A stretch of DNA of 62,445 bases, filler included. It is 6 parts of 6 records of this genome, joined end to end, with 100 filler letters (N's around TTAATTAATTAA, not from the genome) between each part and the next. Parts side by side here need not be neighbours in the genome. Positions count along the whole stretch, not along the records: positions 54,576 to 62,445 come from DRR378314_1099; 5 more parts are not named here. One strand, written 5' to 3'. Positions 59,111-62,445 of the stretch are shown one piece after another. Below the pieces are notes generated by a model. That model worked only from the letters and a program-made list of their open reading frames with translations, ran no database searches and was not told the DNA's origin. The translations under genes and the position numbers were made by a program. Positions within the stretch are counted from its first letter, which is position 1. Each line of letters starts with the position of its first letter.

Positions 59111-61403
59111 GGCTTTCGCGGACCTGCCGCCCGATCACGCAGATCTGCCCGAGCGCTTGCCAGAGCCCGCGCGCGCCGCCCTCGCCCACATATTGCCGGA
59201 TGTGCGCCGCAAGCTCAGCCCGCGCGGGCTGGATACCTGGCTGCGCGGAGCGGATGTGCTGTTGCAGATGGGTCGGGGTGATGGCGCAATCCTCGCCTGG
59301 ATCGAGGCCATGCCCGAAGTTTCACGCGATCTGGGCGAAGATGTGCTTGCCGATATGGCCACAGCCTGCCTTGGCTTCGCCTCGCGCACATCCGGCGGGG
59401 TGATTGAACGTATTCTCGACACAGCACCTCTTGCCGCCCGCCGGCTGGGCGACGCGGACCTTTTTAAAAGCTACTTACGGTTTCTAGAACACATCCTCGC
59501 ACGCGCCCCGCGCGCAATGCGCCCGATGCTTGATCATCTGGGGGAATTGCTCGACGTGCTTACCCTTGGCGGCCTGCGCCGCTGGGCTGATTGGGGCATT
59601 GCTGCGCATCGCAGCGATTATGCTGAGTTGCATCTCTATTTCTCGTTGCAATCCGAAGCCGCACAATCGGTCCTGCAAACCGAGCGCAAAGGCGTGGTTC
59701 TGGTCGATTTGCAACGGCGGCTGACAATCTATCTGCGCGCACTTTGGGGGCGGGATTTTATGCTTGTTCCCACCGCAGGCGACTTTGAACAACGCATAGG
59801 GCTGCGGCCTTTCGCAGCCGACCACAAGCTGTATCTTCCTGATGCCCTTGACGATTGGCGCGACATTCCGGGACTGGATCTTTACCGGGCTCAGGCCGCG
59901 CATCTTGCCGCCCATTTCGCCGCAATGAAAAACCCGATCACAGCCGAGGGGCTGGTATCTCTGCAGATGGCTTGCATCGGGTTGATCGAAGACGCACGCG
60001 CCGAAGAACTCGCCATCGCCAGATTCCCAAAACTGCGTCGTTTCTGGGCGCGGTTTCACACAAAGACCGCAGGCGGAATGGCGGGCCAGTTTGATCGCAT
60101 CGCACGCGCCCTGATCAACCCCGATCTGCCCGGCGAAGACGATCTTTCACTCTGGGTCCAGTCCCGCTTCGGCTGCATGGATCTGTCCGACACACTGGCC
60201 TCCCGCGAGCTTGGCCTGAGGCTGGCCGACCGCCTCCAAGCCGCGCCTTATTCACGGCATGGCGACATCCCGTCCTGCCCCTATCGCTGCGACAATCGCA
60301 TCTTGTGGGAATACGAAGAAATCGATTGGCAGCAATCCTCCGCTATGGTGCCTGAACAGGTGCGAAAACACGTGTCAGTCACGGAAATGGTCAACGAGGT
60401 CGAGGTTGAAACCGCAGGTGAGGATGCGCAAGAAATCTGGGTGCAATCGGCAGAATTTTTTGACGACGATGGCACCAGCTTTAATGAACGTGAAGGCAAG
60501 GAACCCGTTGCCCTGCCGGTCCTCTATGAAGAATTCGATCATACCATCCAGATGGCGCGGCCCTGCTGGGCGACGGTGCGTGAAATACACCCTAAATTGG
60601 GTGATCCCGCAGACGCCCAGACAATCCTTGAGCAAAATAGCCGGATCACCGAGCGGCTGAGACACCTGTTGGATGCCATGCGCCCGCAAGGCACACAGCG
60701 CATCCGCAAGCTGGAAGATGGCGATGAGCTGGACCTGAACACTGCAGTGATGGCAGCCATCGACACGCGGATGCGTCGCCAGCCCGATCCACGAGTGATG
60801 ATGCGACTTGTGCGCCACACGCGGGACACGGCGGTCATGGTGTTGCTCGATCTGTCGGAATCCACCAACGACACGGCGCCGGGGGACCAGACGATCTTGC
60901 AACTGACGCAAACCGCCTGTGTTCTGCTGTCCGAGGCCATTCACCAGGTCGGTGACAGCTTTGCCATTCATGGATTTTGCTCCGACGGGCGGCAGAATGT
61001 CTTTTACAACCGGTTCAAGGATTTTGAACAGCCTTGGGCAGAGCTTGCCAAGGCGCGCCTGATGGGGGCCGAAGGCAGGCTTTCTACCCGTATGGGCGCC
61101 GCGATCCGTCATGCCACGACGCATCTTGGGCAAGTCAAGGCATCGCGGAAACTGATGTTGGTGCTGACCGATGGTGAGCCGGCCGACATCGACATTCGCG
61201 ACCCGTTTTACCTGCGTCACGACGCCCGCCAAGCAGTTGATGCGGCGCGGCAGCAAGGCGTTGTGCCGTTCTGCCTGACGCTTGACCCGCGTGCCGATGC
61301 CTATGCGCAACGCATTTTCGGAGACCGTAATGTGCAAGTGCTGGATCGGGTTGAACGATTGCCCGAACGCCTGCCACAGCTTTACGCCAGCCTCACCCGC
61401 TGA
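59085..61403 (+). CDS. cbbO: CbbO VWA-domain activase adaptor; start codon uncertain
   Basis: LGGLRRWA, EDGDELDL, MIDAS LLDLSES and LTDGEP, and STRMGAAIRHA. It directly follows cbbQ. Confidence 0.93.
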   Translation: MLPSPPISEAFADLPPDHADLPERLPEPARAALAHILPDVRRKLSPRGLDTWLRGADVLLQMGRGDGAILAWIEAMPEVSRDLGEDVLADMATACLGFASRTSGGVIERILDTAPLAARRLGDADLFKSYLRFLEHILARAPRAMRPMLDHLGELLDVLTLGGLRRWADWGIAAHRSDYAELHLYFSLQSEAAQSVLQTERKGVVLVDLQRRLTIYLRALWGRDFMLVPTAGDFEQRIGLRPFAADHKLYLPDALDDWRDIPGLDLYRAQAAHLAAHFAAMKNPITAEGLVSLQMACIGLIEDARAEELAIARFPKLRRFWARFHTKTAGGMAGQFDRIARALINPDLPGEDDLSLWVQSRFGCMDLSDTLASRELGLRLADRLQAAPYSRHGDIPSCPYRCDNRILWEYEEIDWQQSSAMVPEQVRKHVSVTEMVNEVEVETAGEDAQEIWVQSAEFFDDDGTSFNEREGKEPVALPVLYEEFDHTIQMARPCWATVREIHPKLGDPADAQTILEQNSRITERLRHLLDAMRPQGTQRIRKLEDGDELDLNTAVMAAIDTRMRRQPDPRVMMRLVRHTRDTAVMVLLDLSESTNDTAPGDQTILQLTQTACVLLSEAIHQVGDSFAIHGFCSDGRQNVFYNRFKDFEQPWAELAKARLMGAEGRLSTRMGAAIRHATTHLGQVKASRKLMLVLTDGEPADIDIRDPFYLRHDARQAVDAARQQGVVPFCLTLDPRADAYAQRIFGDRNVQVLDRVERLPERLPQLYASLTR

Positions 61404-62328
61404 CCGCGCCGGGCAGGAAAGTACCGCTCAGCGCATCAATGCTTTCCGCAATCCGTTTTGCAGCAATGCTTCTTTCTACTTGAGCGGGCCAGACCAGATA
61501 CCAATGCCGCACAATCGGCAGACCGGGGCCGCGCAACAGCGCCAGACGGCCTTGCTCCAATTCCTCATGAACCGTGTGTAGCGACAAAAGCGCGATGCCC
61601 AACCCTGCCCGCACCGCCTGTTTGATGGTCTCATTCGATTCCATCTCGACGATATGCGCCACAGGCCCTTCCTCAAATCTGTCAAAGAACCGTTGCATCA
61701 AGACACGGGTACCTGACCCCTCTTCGCGTGAAATAAAGGTTTCCTGCACCAGTAATGCCGGATCAAACCCATCCTCCTGTGCAAAGGGATGATCGGGCGG
61801 CAGGATCACGCCATGCGGATGGGCCCCAAGTGGAATTGATTGCACCATCGGCACCCTTGGCGGGCGCCCCATGATCGCCAAATCACAACGGCCTTCATCC
61901 AGATCCGAGATGACGGATTCGCGATTACCGACTCGCAAAGCAATGCGCACTTCGGCGTCACCCAGAGAGAGGATCCGCACAAGATTGGGGGCGAAATACT
62001 TGCTGGTCGAGACGACAGAAATTGTGACATGTCCGATTTTTCCCGAGGCACGCGCACGAATCTGGTCGCCTGCCATTGAAAGAATGCCTTCAATCCGCTT
62101 GGCAGCCAGCAGCATCTCGGTTCCCTCCGCAGTTAACTCCATTCGACCGGACACAGGCGGGCGCAGCAAAACCGGCATGCCAATAGCACGCTCCAAGTTT
62201 TTGATTTGGCTGTGTATTGCTGGGATCGTCTGCCCAATCTTGGCCGCTGCCGCAGTGAGGCTGCCCTGTGATGCGACCGCATTCAAGGTTCGGAGTTGTT
62301 TGAGAGTTATCGCATCAAGACGCGGCAT
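61393..62328 (-). CDS. cbbR: Second CbbR-type LysR regulator (R. sphaeroides CbbR / R. capsulatus CbbRII-like)
   Basis: RLDAITLKQLR, PAIHSQIKNLE, VVSTSKYFAP, MGRPPR, HPHG, REEGSGTRVLM and SNETIKQ resemble Rhodobacter CbbR as I remember it. Confidence 0.9.
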   Translation of the reverse strand: MPRLDAITLKQLRTLNAVASQGSLTAAAAKIGQTIPAIHSQIKNLERAIGMPVLLRPPVSGRMELTAEGTEMLLAAKRIEGILSMAGDQIRARASGKIGHVTISVVSTSKYFAPNLVRILSLGDAEVRIALRVGNRESVISDLDEGRCDLAIMGRPPRVPMVQSIPLGAHPHGVILPPDHPFAQEDGFDPALLVQETFISREEGSGTRVLMQRFFDRFEEGPVAHIVEMESNETIKQAVRAGLGIALLSLHTVHEELEQGRLALLRGPGLPIVRHWYLVWPAQVERSIAAKRIAESIDALSGTFLPGAVSG

Positions 62329-62445
62329 ATTAGATTTTATTTAAACCATTATACATCTTTTTAAATTTCAAATAACATGCCGATACGCAAGTGTCACCCT
62401 ACGGCTTGAGCCGAAAGTGTTGGTTTTCATTGAGAACTGACCCGG
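62329..62445. promoter_or_regulatory. AT-rich divergent control region of the second cbbR
   Basis: T-N11-A boxes TAG-N7-TTA (62331-62343) and TAC-N7-TAA (62352-62364) abut the cbbR start. The target operon lies outside the window. Confidence 0.55.

Noticed and set aside
54476-62445. Horizontal transfer of RuBisCO and hydrogenase into the protist genome
   Set aside because: The junction is an artificial linker, and the bacterial contig has operon structure, RBSs and no introns.

Overview
The window is not contiguous DNA. It is six contigs joined by artificial 100-bp linkers (N44-TTAATTAATTAA-N44). Contigs 1-5 (1-54475) come from a GC-rich, intron-containing unicellular eukaryote. They encode tepsin (AP-4 accessory protein), an MFSD1-like transporter, cyclin C, a cytochrome-b5 front-end (delta-5-like) desaturase, a CGFS glutaredoxin, presequence protease, an MgtE-type Mg2+ transporter, RPB6, PRP22/DHX8, a pseudokinase C-terminus, a very divergent kinesin and an unrecognised secreted protein with a three-fold internal repeat. 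Contig 6 (54576-62445) is bacterial and Rhodobacteraceae-like. An O2-tolerant uptake [NiFe]-hydrogenase small-subunit gene, with a HupR-like and an IHF site in its promoter, sits directly beside cbbR-cbbL-cbbS-cbbQ-cbbO (green-type form IAq RuBisCO), followed by a second, different cbbR. The best leads are this compact H2-oxidation plus CO2-fixation cluster with two CbbR regulators, the secreted three-repeat protein, the aberrant kinesin and the eukaryote's GTACG-type splice donors. Family assignments rest on motifs and remembered reference sequences, not on database searches. Exon boundaries were read by eye.
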